Below are positions 9,439-20,366 of a DNA stretch of 64,000 bases, one piece after another. The DNA comes from Nitrosopumilus sp. (GTDB lineage Archaea; Thermoproteota; Nitrososphaeria; Nitrososphaerales; Nitrosopumilaceae), in the NCBI GenBank assembly GCA_965205675.1, contig OZ242186.1, positions 1,312,001-1,376,000 on the forward strand, written 5' to 3'. Every line of letters begins with the position of its first letter. Position 1 is the first letter of the stretch. The position numbers and the translations under genes were made by a program. The notes beneath the pieces are model-generated. The model searched no databases. It worked only from the letters and a program-made list of their open reading frames with translations, and was not told where the DNA came from.

Positions 9439-11991
9439 ATGAACAATGCATGGGGTAACACGGTACTTGGGTATCTTCAGGACGGCAAGCTCTTATCGAT
9501 ACCAAATAAGATACGACAAAACTTTGCAATCTTTGGTGAGATAGGATCCGGAAAATCCTCCATACTGCGCATGATGATTTTACAAGACATTCAGGCTGGG
9601 CGCGGGTTTTTGATTGCAGAAAACCACGGTGAGCTCTCAAAGGAGATACTCTCAATGATTCCCCCAAAGGATTATCACAAAATAGTATACATCAGCCTCT
9701 CCTCACTGCGATTATGGGAGAAGACACTGAGATTCAATCCATTACGATGCGATAACATGTATGATTCGGGAATGGTTGCACTGACATTCACTGAATGTCT
9801 TGCGCGTGCGTTCAGTGACTCGTGGGGTGCAAGAGTTGATACGTGTGCCCGAAACGGTGCACTTGCAACAATTGGAACCGCATCGCCTACGATAGGCGTC
9901 ATGATGAATCTGCTTACAAACAAGGATTTCAGAGACGCGTTTGTTCCAAATATCATCAACAAGCATGCAAAGGACTTTTTCGTAGATGTCTATGACGTGC
10001 AGTATCCAAAGGAGGCAGGCGGTGTTGTCTTTAACAAGCTCAACAAGATGATGACGATTCCTGAGATGGATGCAATGTTTAACACTTCCGAATCCTCCGT
10101 TGACTTTGAGAAGATAATTGATGATGGAATGTATGTAGTCTTGGATTTTGGAGGAGGACTGCCAAATGACATGGTAAAGTTTTTGGGCAATGTGTTTATG
10201 CATCTCTTTTACACATCATATAAAAAAAGAGTCAAAAAACCCGATGGCACATATGACAGATTCAACCTGTATCTGGATGAGGTCCAGACATTCTCTCCAA
10301 ACATGGTACGGGAACTCTTCAACACGGTTCGAAAGTACGGCATCACAATGACTGTTGCAACGCAGTCCGTATCTGCACTAGATAAGGAGCTGGCAGACGA
10401 GATTGCAACCTTGTGTCGGGCCATTGCGTGCTTCAAGTGCGACACAAAGACTGCGACGCATCTAAAGTCCATACTGCCAACTACAGTAGAGCAGCAGCAG
10501 AAACTCTCATGGCATACATTTGCGTTTTACACCGGGGGAGACAAACCAAAAAACGCTGTTGCCTCTACAAGACACATGAGCATACCTCCAAGATGGGAGC
10601 AGGCGGCACGACACAGCGTTGATGAGCTTGGAAAATTCGTATCCCTTGAGAGATATTATAACCAGTCAGGTGCAGCAGCAGAGGTGCTGCTATCTCCGCT
10701 GGAGTTTGGAATACTAAACTATCTGAGAATGGAGAATCGAGACGTCTCTCGCCAGGAGATAACTGATGTCATGACTCGAAGGTATGCCACAGATGCAAGG
10801 ACTGTCGCATCTGCATTAAATGATACGCTAATCTCATCATACCAGTTTGTACGCAAAAATGACATTACAGCAGATGACGGGGATGAAAAGTTTGAGTCAA
10901 GATATGCCATTACTAAAACTGCCATAAAGATGGTCTTCTCAAAGGCCGCCGCCGGACGCCGTGCAGGAGGAGACCTCCATCTGTCTGTAATATTTATGAT
11001 AATGGATATTCAGATGAATCTCGGATGCTACTGCGTTCCAGACAACGGTGCAGGCGCTGCAAAGCATGCAGACCTGCTTGTATTTGAACCTGAAAAGATA
11101 AAAAATGAAAAGGGTCTGGATGTTGCGTATAATCCAGGCAAGTGGTCTGAGAAAACCATTGCACTTGAAGTCGAGACTGCTCCCGGCAAACACTGGGATC
11201 AAGTGATTACAAACTTTGAGAAGAACAAAAAGCAGGGATTCTTTGTGTGGTTTGTAGTGTTTACATCAGAGGAGAAACGGGCATTAATCAACACCTTTTC
11301 AGATGCAGATATTTCACCTGATGAGTATTCTGTAACTGTGATGAATGAGGGAGTCGTACTGGCAGCAGATACTGACTCTGAGAGTGTCAGGGGGTTTAGC
11401 AAAATACAGAGTGCAATATTTTCTGCCCTTTTTAATGCAGGCGGTTCCGCAAAGGAGCAATACCTCATAGATAACACCTGGAAGTATGAGCCAAAAAAAG
11501 TCATTGAGGAGTTGCACAAATTTGAGGTCAAGGGAGAACTGTTGTGCCACCAGCAGATGATGCAAGACCCATCAAATCCCGATGAACCAGATGAGAAAAA
11601 GATGATCAAGGTGTGGAGACTCAAAGGGTATGATGAGTCAAAGGCAAAGTCTGAGAAGACAGGCCCTAAGGGACTGCCAGCAGCTAGCGATATATTCTCA
11701 GTTGCCACACCGCAACCCGAACCACTACAGCACCAGGTATCACAAGAAGAAAAGGAACAAGAGAACAATAACAATTCGGAATCCTCTCACTCTGAGAAGA
11801 AGGAGAAGGCAAAGGATGAGGGTGAATATGCGGGTCTAACTGAGGCTATGATGCTATCAATATTCCAAGATTGCCAAAAAAACGACAGAGAAGAAGAGAT
11901 GGACAGAATCCGAGACGTGTTAAAATCCCGCGGGTTCTGCATCAGGAAACGCAACGGTGAGTTCTTTGTAGCAAGGCTGCCAAAGGCATGA
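9439..11991 (+). CDS. VirD4/TraD-like coupling ATPase with C-terminal wHTH-like and PD-(D/E)xK-like domains
   Basis: Walker A GEIGSGKS, FNPL, Walker B LYLDEVQ, RKYGI..ATQ. C-terminus has HADLLVF...IALEVET. Confidence 0.78.
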   Translation: MNNAWGNTVLGYLQDGKLLSIPNKIRQNFAIFGEIGSGKSSILRMMILQDIQAGRGFLIAENHGELSKEILSMIPPKDYHKIVYISLSSLRLWEKTLRFNPLRCDNMYDSGMVALTFTECLARAFSDSWGARVDTCARNGALATIGTASPTIGVMMNLLTNKDFRDAFVPNIINKHAKDFFVDVYDVQYPKEAGGVVFNKLNKMMTIPEMDAMFNTSESSVDFEKIIDDGMYVVLDFGGGLPNDMVKFLGNVFMHLFYTSYKKRVKKPDGTYDRFNLYLDEVQTFSPNMVRELFNTVRKYGITMTVATQSVSALDKELADEIATLCRAIACFKCDTKTATHLKSILPTTVEQQQKLSWHTFAFYTGGDKPKNAVASTRHMSIPPRWEQAARHSVDELGKFVSLERYYNQSGAAAEVLLSPLEFGILNYLRMENRDVSRQEITDVMTRRYATDARTVASALNDTLISSYQFVRKNDITADDGDEKFESRYAITKTAIKMVFSKAAAGRRAGGDLHLSVIFMIMDIQMNLGCYCVPDNGAGAAKHADLLVFEPEKIKNEKGLDVAYNPGKWSEKTIALEVETAPGKHWDQVITNFEKNKKQGFFVWFVVFTSEEKRALINTFSDADISPDEYSVTVMNEGVVLAADTDSESVRGFSKIQSAIFSALFNAGGSAKEQYLIDNTWKYEPKKVIEELHKFEVKGELLCHQQMMQDPSNPDEPDEKKMIKVWRLKGYDESKAKSEKTGPKGLPAASDIFSVATPQPEPLQHQVSQEEKEQENNNNSESSHSEKKEKAKDEGEYAGLTEAMMLSIFQDCQKNDREEEMDRIRDVLKSRGFCIRKRNGEFFVARLPKA

Positions 11992-12073
11992 TGAATACGA
12001 ATACGCAAAATGCCACCGGCATCAGCATAAGATCCCGACTATATGCACCCCGGACTCTTTTCATGATTTTTGC

Positions 12074-12085
12074 CTTTAAATTCAA
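12074..12085 (+). promoter_or_regulatory. TATA-box promoter motif CTTTAAATTCAA
   Basis: Starts 30 nt upstream of ATG 12104, the first gene of the operon containing TBP. Confidence 0.6.
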
Positions 12086-12103
12086 ACCATACTATCCATT
12101 GCA

Positions 12104-12403
12104 ATGATTTCCAAAAGAAAAGGCGACGATTTATCCGAAGTCATAAGCGGTCCTCTGGGCTATTTTGTAATCGGCATCGTCGTCATAGGAATAGGTATTG
12201 GGGGATACGGGTATGTCATTCCGGATTCAGAAGATGATGAAAGTGATGACGCTATAGCACTCTTTTCCTTTGTTACAAATGTTGCAGGGCAGCTCAAGAT
12301 ACTGCTCTTTACCATTGCAGGACTTGTGATAATAGGGGGAAGTATAATGACTGGTCTCATACTGATACTCATCCCAGTTCAAAGACGCTGCAATACACGG
12401 TAA
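12104..12403 (+). CDS. Small two-TM membrane protein (possible transfer pilin-like)
   Basis: Two hydrophobic helices and N-terminal KRKG. Confidence 0.55.
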   Translation: MISKRKGDDLSEVISGPLGYFVIGIVVIGIGIGGYGYVIPDSEDDESDDAIALFSFVTNVAGQLKILLFTIAGLVIIGGSIMTGLILILIPVQRRCNTR

Positions 12404-12409
12404 TGGGAA

Positions 12410-12802
12410 ATGCAGTTCCTGCTACCTTTTTTTATCTCTTTTTTGGCATCAATTAATGCCGTAATGCTAAATACCGTACTTGGAGGATATGGAGTGTACG
12501 TTGCACTAGGGATTTTTCTTGCAGCATTTGCATGTGATTTTGCATCCACGGTATCTGTAAAAAATGCAAAGTCTCTTGAAGCAAATCCTGTCGTGCGAAG
12601 ACTGGGAAACCATTTCAAATTTCATACCTCGCTGGCTATCATAGGTGTGATTAGTATGACTATTCAGGTCCTAGTGTATGTTATTTTTGATACTGCAATA
12701 GTGTCTTATTTTATTGCATCCCTGCATCTTTATGCAATACTCTCAAACCTTCACGTCAGAAAATATTCTTCCTTAAAATCAAAAGGAATACAGAACATGT
12801 GA
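12410..12802 (+). CDS. Multi-pass membrane protein (DUF5658-like)
   Basis: Hydrophobic, with D-x-x-ST...EANP motif. Confidence 0.6.
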   Translation: MQFLLPFFISFLASINAVMLNTVLGGYGVYVALGIFLAAFACDFASTVSVKNAKSLEANPVVRRLGNHFKFHTSLAIIGVISMTIQVLVYVIFDTAIVSYFIASLHLYAILSNLHVRKYSSLKSKGIQNM

Positions 12803-13305
12803 TGATAATAAGTATACAAAACGTTGTTGCAAATGCACAAATTACAAGATGTGACGAAGATACCGTTCTCAAAAAAATACCAGAGTCAGAATACCATCCA
12901 AACGGATTTCCGGCAATTGGAATCCGGAAGAAACGTGTGAAAATCTGGCTTTACAAATCAGGCAAGATAGTCAGCGCAGGCGCCAAATCAAGAGAGATTG
13001 CAATAGGTGTAATAATGGATACAATACAGAGGCTCTCAAGTCTTGGATTTGCAATCAAGGTAAGGTCTGCTCCCAGAATATCACTAGTTGTGGCAAACAT
13101 CAAACTTGACGGGTATCTGCAACGCTCAAAACTGCAAAGCATGACTGGAGTCTATTCCAACGAAAAGTTTCAGGCAGACACATTTCATTTTAAGGAGTAT
13201 AAGACAAACGTGCGCATATTCAAAAACAAAAAGATTGGGATGAGTGCACCCTCAGTTGAGGCAATAGTCTTTATGGTAAAAAAACTGCAAGAATGCACGG
13301 TATGA
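12799..13305 (+). CDS. tbp: Divergent TATA-box binding protein
   Basis: IQNVVA...EYHPNGFPAI..R...LYKSGKIVSAGAKS matches TBP repeat 1. Repeat 2 (ISLVVAN...YSNEKF...VRIFKNKKI) is degenerate. Confidence 0.8.
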   Translation: MMIISIQNVVANAQITRCDEDTVLKKIPESEYHPNGFPAIGIRKKRVKIWLYKSGKIVSAGAKSREIAIGVIMDTIQRLSSLGFAIKVRSAPRISLVVANIKLDGYLQRSKLQSMTGVYSNEKFQADTFHFKEYKTNVRIFKNKKIGMSAPSVEAIVFMVKKLQECTV

Positions 13306-13329
13306 TTTTATTTGAGAGAAAAATTCATC

Positions 13330-14340
13330 CTATAAATGATTGCGGATTTCCAGAATCCTGTGTCTAAATAGTACAACTGAGATGACCATGCCTGCAAATA
13401 CAATACCTGTCACGTATCTGAATTCCGGAATTTTTGCAATTCCACTAAAACATGCAAACTCTTCTTCTGGAAAATCCGCAGAGACTATGGAGCATCTTGT
13501 TCCATCTGTCTGAATTATGATACTGCCCATGCTAGTCTGCACAACCGGGATGCCGTTTGCGACATATCGCATCACTGCCTGCTCATGCGGATGTCCATAC
13601 ATGTTGCCATCATTTGCAGAAAATATGACCAGTCTTGGAGTGACACTATCAATGAATGCATCTGTACTTGAATGCTTTGAGCCGTGATGCGGTGCATTGA
13701 TAATATCTGCATCAATCGTATCTCCATAGTTTTGTATCAGCCATTTTTCAGTGGTATGTGTCGCATCGCCGGTAAACAGAAACACAAAGTCGCCATATTC
13801 TAAAATGGTAACTATAGAGTTAGAGTTTTCCAAAGACGCATTGCTCCCGCTTGGGATTAGTTGTTTTGGCGGACTGATAACAGATACGCTCACTGTATCA
13901 TCAAGGACGATTTTGTCTCCGGCATACACCGTTGATTCATCCCCTGCCAGTTCCAAAAAGGTCTGGTATGTGGCAGTATCCTTTGATGTAGGTCCTATGA
14001 GGATTTTTTTTACATCAAATGAATCATCTCGTAATATGGTGCCAAGACCTCCAACATGGTCCTGGTCTGGATGCGTTGCAATCATTACATCAATTGTACT
14101 GATATGAAAATTCTGCAAGGTCTCTTTGATGGAGTGATACGCTAATGGCATCCCACCATCAATTAGCATTACACTGTCATTGGGAAATATAATGAGAGTA
14201 GAGTCGCCCTTTGTTCCAAGGTCGATAAATGCCACAGTTAAGGCATCTGAGGAGTAAATGTCATGCTCTGCATGCACTGAGAACTCCCAAGGAATTATTA
14301 TCGTTACTAGTAGAATCAAAAGATATTTTGCCATACCCAT
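13330..14340 (-). CDS. ComEC/Rec2-type metallo-beta-lactamase-fold hydrolase with PEF-type C-terminal anchor
   Basis: LIDGG, THPDQDHVGG, LFTGDA, PHHGS, YGHPH. Signal peptide and IPEF + TM + basic tail. Confidence 0.88.
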   Translation of the reverse strand: MGMAKYLLILLVTIIIPWEFSVHAEHDIYSSDALTVAFIDLGTKGDSTLIIFPNDSVMLIDGGMPLAYHSIKETLQNFHISTIDVMIATHPDQDHVGGLGTILRDDSFDVKKILIGPTSKDTATYQTFLELAGDESTVYAGDKIVLDDTVSVSVISPPKQLIPSGSNASLENSNSIVTILEYGDFVFLFTGDATHTTEKWLIQNYGDTIDADIINAPHHGSKHSSTDAFIDSVTPRLVIFSANDGNMYGHPHEQAVMRYVANGIPVVQTSMGSIIIQTDGTRCSIVSADFPEEEFACFSGIAKIPEFRYVTGIVFAGMVISVVLFRHRILEIRNHL

Positions 14341-14470
14341 CAGATGTGTAATTAATTAAAAGGCGCCAAATCCTGCAATTGTTTGGTTTTGGGCACAAAG
14401 TTTCTACTTTGCCATATTTGTCGTAGAATTCTTGTTTATTTTTAAATGAAACAGTTGTCACCTTAGTTCA

Positions 14471-15385
14471 ATGTTGAAATCAGTTATTATCATACTAGTA
14501 TTCTCTGCAGGCTTTGGATATGCATTGTATGCCGATTTGTTACATTTTGGTACTGGGACTGAAACCAGCTTATCTTCTTTTGTTGAAAATCGCCAACAAA
14601 TTTCTAATGCTATGACCTTTGAGGAACGTCAAATCATTTACTATTCTTTTGGAGATGTTCCAGATGTACCGGATAAACAGATTCCAATCAACGCATTAAA
14701 AAAAGCGATTAGTATTTGGGAACAACACAATATTAATTTGGAATTTATTGAATCAGATAACTCAAACGTTGAAATTAAATGGCAAAAATATGCCTCTTCT
14801 ACCCACACTGGACTTGCTACATGTGATACAGCCTTATTTGGAATTCTAAATCACTGTGTTTTAGACATATCCGTTGGTGCCAAAGATTGTAATTCTAATT
14901 TTATCCAAAATGATGAAAACATGGTTGCAAATATCCTAATGCATGAAATTGGTCATGTATTAGGATTGGGTCATACTAGTAAAGAAAATCATTTAATGTA
15001 TTCTACTGAATCGCCTGAAACTGCATTTGATACAAAAAAATATGTTATTCCTTCAAGATTTGAAGAACTTTATGTTGGACAAAAGGCATTACTTTCTCAA
15101 GAAAAACAAATCTTATCCCAAATTGAGGTTTTGGATACTAAAATTGCTCGTGAACAATCTCAATATGAATCACATTATAAACAATATGAACAATATAAAG
15201 GCAAAACTCTCCCTCTAAAAGAACATACAGAAGCACAAAAAGCTTTTGACAAAATGAATTCACAAGCAAAAAAAATTAATGATTTAATTCATCAACAAAA
15301 TGAACTAATCATACAAATCAATGATGTGTTAAATGAACTGAGTTGTAGTCCTAACTTTGAAATCATCTCAAAGTCATCCAAATAA
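14471..15385 (+). CDS. Matrixin (M10-like) metalloprotease with coiled-coil tail
   Basis: HEIGHVLGLGH zinc motif, LMY Met-turn, N-terminal signal/TM. Confidence 0.85.
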   Translation: MLKSVIIILVFSAGFGYALYADLLHFGTGTETSLSSFVENRQQISNAMTFEERQIIYYSFGDVPDVPDKQIPINALKKAISIWEQHNINLEFIESDNSNVEIKWQKYASSTHTGLATCDTALFGILNHCVLDISVGAKDCNSNFIQNDENMVANILMHEIGHVLGLGHTSKENHLMYSTESPETAFDTKKYVIPSRFEELYVGQKALLSQEKQILSQIEVLDTKIAREQSQYESHYKQYEQYKGKTLPLKEHTEAQKAFDKMNSQAKKINDLIHQQNELIIQINDVLNELSCSPNFEIISKSSK

Positions 15386-15605
15386 TAAAACCGACCTTGA
15401 TGTTAAGATCTGGATCATTACAGGAAGGGCAGAATAGTCGGTTCTGGTGTATTTTGATGATGTATGAATCCAATTCTAATCTAAATTAAAATATTATCCA
15501 AACTTACAGAGTCAATCAATTCTCCAAGTTCAAGTAACAATTCAATATCAAGAGTAAATGGAAATCATGGACAAAACAGGGTTCTGTTAAGTAATCAATA
15601 TTTGT

Positions 15606-15821
15606 ATGAAACACGATTTGTCATTTCACATACGTAAAGAATCCAAAGGGTACAGTGCACAATGCATTGAATTTCCTTCGATTATTACCCAAGCAGATAC
15701 AAAAAAAGAATTACAAGAAAATATGACAGATGCTGCAAATGGATATTTTAAAGCGTTTCCAGAAGAATATCAAAAACTACATAACCAAAATTCAGGTAAT
15801 GTGATTAAAGTTACCATCTAA
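15606..15821 (+). CDS. hicB: HicB-family antitoxin
   Basis: GYSAQCIEFPSIITQADT..EL.ENMTDA pattern. Confidence 0.8.
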   Translation: MKHDLSFHIRKESKGYSAQCIEFPSIITQADTKKELQENMTDAANGYFKAFPEEYQKLHNQNSGNVIKVTI

Positions 15822-16023
15822 ACTACCTGTACTATCTTGGAGAGTCATCTTGAAAATTTTAAGGAAAAATGGGTTTATTCAATCAGGTCAAACTGGAAGC
15901 CATATTTTTATGAGAAAAAATAATCTCAGAGTTACAATTCCTAGACATAAAGAAATCAAAAAAGGAACATTGCTATCAATAATTTATCAATCAGGATTAT
16001 CCCGAGAATATTTTATAAAATAA
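15811..16023 (+). pseudogene. hicA: HicA-family toxin lacking a canonical start codon
   Basis: Frame reads (TTA)PSKLPVLSWRVILKILRKNGF...GSHIFM...VTIPRHKEIKKGTLLSII. First codon is TTA, with a stop three codons upstream. Confidence 0.7.
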
Positions 16024-16160
16024 TTTGAGTTCTTTTCAATAACTCTATTAATTCTTCTAACTCGTCAATCTCTTTTTGAATTATTTTCTCAATTATTGGT
16101 TCTAAATTAATTGAAGATGATTACACAAATGATCTCATTCTAGATTAAACCAAAGTCTCA

Positions 16161-16415
16161 TTAAAACCTGTGTAACAGTAAACCACACACCAACATGAAT
16201 AATCCTAAAACCCCAACAATCGCATAATTGTTTTGAGTTTGTATTATGCCGTCCATGCATTTTACAAATTCTGATTCTACGTATTTATCCAACTGTAAAA
16301 TTATACACGCATCAATTGTATGCTGAGAATATAACACACCAATTACACATATCATTATTGCAAAAATTCCAAATATGATTAAAAGATTTGATGTTAGAAT
16401 TGTTTTGCCACCCAA
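16161..16415 (-). CDS. Small two-TM hypothetical protein
   Basis: ORF with two hydrophobic segments. Confidence 0.45.
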   Translation of the reverse strand: MGGKTILTSNLLIIFGIFAIMICVIGVLYSQHTIDACIILQLDKYVESEFVKCMDGIIQTQNNYAIVGVLGLFMLVCGLLLHRF

Positions 16416-17583
16416 TATGTTTAATCGTGTAAAATATGATATTTAGATGATCATTTTGTAGTTTAAATGCGAATTTACATGTATGTTGTATTGAGTCTGA
16501 TTAAAAAAGAATCAATTCGAATAATCATTATTTTTATATCTGTAAATACACTTGTATCTGTTGGATTTTATCATTTATGGCTTGATTTTCACAATACTGT
16601 AAAGTTTGATTTGTATCATTTTCATGTAATTCTATTTGTTGCATATGCTTGTATGAACTCTTTATGTTTTATCCTGATGTATCAACAAAAAAATATTAAA
16701 CCAAAAAAAATTTTCACATGACAAACAATCTATGATCATATTTTATTTTAATTCCATTCTTTGTTAGGAACTGGTAACTTATAGAGGCATGACTACAAAT
16801 CCTATGATGTATAATCTATTAAAAAATTAGGTGATTGTAAACCCATTACTACCAACTATTTTTGAGTAGTTATTGGAAAAGACAATCAATCTAACTGAGC
16901 TATCCAAAATAATTCGCAACAAATCAAACTGCATTGCAACTCACTGCTGTTACCCCGATTTGGAAATAGCCAGTACTGTGTGAACATGTGACATTTGCAG
17001 TGCCATCCATACTGTCAGTTGCAGTTACATCAAACTCTGCATAATATCCAAGGGAATGGATTCGAGGAACTCCGGTAATGTCTGCCGGCATCATAATTAC
17101 TGGTGGTGCGATGCCATCTGCAGGTTCTGGTGCAAAATGGTGATCAGATCATCAAAATCCACCAGAACCTTAATTCAAAATACCAGTAAAAAATAATCTA
17201 ATAGTTTACTTGTGTTTTACAATCTTTTTGACGACCAATACTTTGTGATGATTGTTTTTAACTTGATAAACTACAGTGTATTTAGTATTGGAACTTTTAC
17301 TTTAATTCTTGTTGTTTCAATAGATTGATTGAATAATTGATAGTTTTTGAACTAAATTGAGTTACTTTCCCATCTACTGATATCTGTTCGGTGGGTGCAG
17401 AAACTCTACTCACGGTATCGCCGTACTGGTGCAATTCCTTAGAATTGGGCTTTTTCCACTTGCGGCAAGCTTGATGTGAAATGCTGGGAAAAATACCTTG
17501 AAAAATATATGAAATTGTCAAAAGTGGACAACGCCTTTCTTCTAGCATTACTTTCAATATTAACAGGATTTGCAATTACTTGT

Positions 17584-18150
17584 CTATAGGTGCTTCCAAG
17601 ATATCATATTTGATAGTGTATCATCTGCATCGCCCAAAGTATCTGACTTGTAGCCAAATTCTTCCATATCTTTCGGATATATTGCCCACTGATGAGATTC
17701 ATGTTGATTTCCATATTCTGCACCCTGCGCATAGTGACCGTGCGGCATTCCTAGCACGACTAGTTTCTTTGTGATTCCTTCAAGCGTCTCAAGTACCTTC
17801 CCTGTCTCATCTTTTTGCAGATGTTCTGGTCCATGATAGAAAAAACACACATCAAATCTTTCATTCACCACTTTTGCTGCGTTGCGAACATCCCCCTGTA
17901 TTATCTGAACATCCGTGCCTGAAAATTTATCTGCCAAATATTTTACATTTTTTTCAAAGATCTCCAAGATCACTACTCTATCATAATCCCTTACAAAGTC
18001 ATCCAAAAAATGCTGTCTTAGGTAGTTTGCTCCAATGTACAGGACATTTTTGTATGCTCCGGAAAACAAATCAGGCAAGGCACTCCTTACCTGTTTATCA
18101 ATCTCTTCAGGCAGACTATAATCAAGTTTCTCTGGAATTTTTTGACTCAT
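17584..18150 (-). CDS. Class I SAM-dependent methyltransferase
   Basis: VLYIGAN, ILEIF, IQGDVR, FDV..F..GPEH. Confidence 0.75.
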   Translation of the reverse strand: MSQKIPEKLDYSLPEEIDKQVRSALPDLFSGAYKNVLYIGANYLRQHFLDDFVRDYDRVVILEIFEKNVKYLADKFSGTDVQIIQGDVRNAAKVVNERFDVCFFYHGPEHLQKDETGKVLETLEGITKKLVVLGMPHGHYAQGAEYGNQHESHQWAIYPKDMEEFGYKSDTLGDADDTLSNMISWKHL

Positions 18151-18176
18151 TTACACTTGTTCGACTCTAAAAATAA

Positions 18177-19121
18177 TTAAAATGTTCTGAAATTAATCAT
18201 CATCCATACTATGAACCAAGAGGTAAACGCTACTGCGTTTAACGCAAGTACTATGTGATACAGCCCTATCCACCTCTTCATGATGTATTTTTCTTGAATC
18301 ACAAGTATTCTTGATCCGATCAGTACAGCAATCACACCACCAAGAATCTCCAATGTTGGTAAGAACAGATCTCCTATCGCAATTTGTCCGAATACAAGTA
18401 GTATGGGCACTAAAATACCTGCAACTGATATCGCTGCCGCTGTATTTGCTGTTGAATCGGCAATTCCAATAATGACATTTCCTACAACATCACTTTCAAA
18501 GTCCATATCAGTTACATGAAATTTTACGAGATTCGGAGTCTTTTTGGACGGTGTAACTATTTTTGAGTTTTCTTGTGGCTTTACTTCAATATTGTAATTA
18601 CTCTGAATTTTGTAATCATCACCTACACTAAACGTGATATGTAGATCGTACGGTTTTTTCTCTATTACATATTTTTGAGAATCTATGGTAAATTCGCTAG
18701 GACTTATTCTCAATCCAAAACTCATCTTCATGTTTAATGATTTGTTTGACGTAGAATATCTCTCTGGGTCAAGTGGGGAGACAAACGTGATTGTCAGTAT
18801 TTCAAACTCTGAATCAGATGGTAGAAGAAGTACCGCAATACGTATGAAGTCATCTTTATGAAAGATATTTGTCTTGGATGATACATCAGTCATACTGATG
18901 TTAAATCGCTCCTCTAGTTCTTGTGGTGACAGTTGAGTCAGTTGTCTGCCCTTGGAATCGTGTACCTCAATATCAGTTAATCTGTCTTCTACTGGAATGA
19001 AAAATATCCCTTCCCTCGTATTATCATATTTTATTCCTAATTTCATGGTGGTCTTGTATTGTTGAGACGTGATGAATTCATATTTTCGCTGATCTGATAT
19101 TATTGATATATTCAAGTTCAT
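18177..19121 (-). CDS. Hypothetical protein with three C-terminal TM helices
   Basis: 314-aa ORF with hydrophobic C-terminus. Confidence 0.6.
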   Translation of the reverse strand: MNLNISIISDQRKYEFITSQQYKTTMKLGIKYDNTREGIFFIPVEDRLTDIEVHDSKGRQLTQLSPQELEERFNISMTDVSSKTNIFHKDDFIRIAVLLLPSDSEFEILTITFVSPLDPERYSTSNKSLNMKMSFGLRISPSEFTIDSQKYVIEKKPYDLHITFSVGDDYKIQSNYNIEVKPQENSKIVTPSKKTPNLVKFHVTDMDFESDVVGNVIIGIADSTANTAAAISVAGILVPILLVFGQIAIGDLFLPTLEILGGVIAVLIGSRILVIQEKYIMKRWIGLYHIVLALNAVAFTSWFIVWMMINFRTF

Positions 19122-19368
19122 GAAATGGTTATTTTGATGATTAATTAAATTAAACAGAATTTAAGATTTTTTTAATATGTGTCTGCTAATTATGTCTTGA
19201 AAATTATAATTCTTTAATGATCATATAATTTTAAATGAGATCTGATCTAGCCCCTTGAAATAATACTAATTTAAATGATTTTACGTGAAGTCATATGGGT
19301 GATAATCAGACTCCAAAAGGAGCCTGTGATGGAATGGTACAATCTAAAAACAAAGAAAAAAAGGTGTG

Positions 19369-19842
19369 TTATCTGACACGAACAGTGACATGTTCTATTA
19401 TCTTGATACCATCTGCAGTTATAGCATTTACAATTACTGCGATCTCTTTTCCTGAAACAAAAGAGATTGCATCGCCGTCAGTATCTACTATTTTTTCATA
19501 GGCAGAACCAGACATGCCAGGCTTGAGGGGTGATGAAGACGGTGATATGATGAACGGTTGAATCCCCGGTGTTACAGAATCGGTATCCTGCATTAACTGC
19601 GCTTCAAGTTCAGTAATGTCACTGTTTCCGGTATTTTTGATGTTAATTAAGACAAACGTCTCGTCATCTACCTGCTGGACAAAGATCTTTTGCAAAGAGA
19701 CGGAACCTGCTATCGTCTGTACGTCAAATATGTCTCCTGCAAAGGTAAACAATGTTCCCGAAAAGATGAGCACAATCCCTGCGATCATTGCAACTTGCAT
19801 CAGACCGCTGATTCCTAGTCTTTTTCTGGCATTGATGTTCAT
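19369..19842 (-). CDS. Archaeal type IV pilin-like protein
   Basis: Class III signal peptide RKRLG/IS followed by a hydrophobic helix; IKNTG motif. Confidence 0.75.
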   Translation of the reverse strand: MNINARKRLGISGLMQVAMIAGIVLIFSGTLFTFAGDIFDVQTIAGSVSLQKIFVQQVDDETFVLINIKNTGNSDITELEAQLMQDTDSVTPGIQPFIISPSSSPLKPGMSGSAYEKIVDTDGDAISFVSGKEIAVIVNAITADGIKIIEHVTVRVR

Positions 19843-19859
19843 GGAGATTATAAGATATA

Positions 19860-20321
19860 TTGTTTAAAAAGACAAAAATACAGGACAGGATGCGGTTTTT
19901 CCACTTGCGGCATGTATCCTTGGATGCGGCACGTACATGTACCTTTTGTGGAACCTTTGGTTTTAGATTCCATTTGTGCATCAAAGGACGCACATGAGTG
20001 ATATGATATGTAATGCGTGTTCTGTAAAATATGAATTGTATCAGTTTCTTTGGAGTCATGCCGTCTGAAATTTTCTTAAATGCACGCTCTATTTTTTGTA
20101 ATTTTTTGTGTGAAATTAATGGCAGACGGCCAGAACGAGGGGGGGTCCTCCAGGCCCTCCAATCCATATTTTTCAAATGAATCAAGCCAATTCCTTACAG
20201 AATTATATAGACCACTTGCGTAATTATAGAAATTTTTTCTCAAATTTTGTATTTTAACAGAATTCATACCTGAAAATTCAAATTTCTCAACCAATTTTAA
20301 AAATCCTGCAACAAAATTCAT
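19860..20321 (-). pseudogene. IS630-family transposase N-terminal remnant (frameshifted)
   Basis: VRNWLDSFEKYGLEGLED..P and YHITHVRPLMHKWNLKPKVP HTH segments lie in two frames. No DDE part seen. Confidence 0.6.
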
Positions 20322-20366
20322 GCCTAGAAATAATTACGCAAGACGTCTTATGTACAAAACATTTGG

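Noticed and set aside
16721-17575. Genes in the AT-rich gap
   Set aside because: Only short or broken ORFs without recognisable motifs; possibly decayed sequence.
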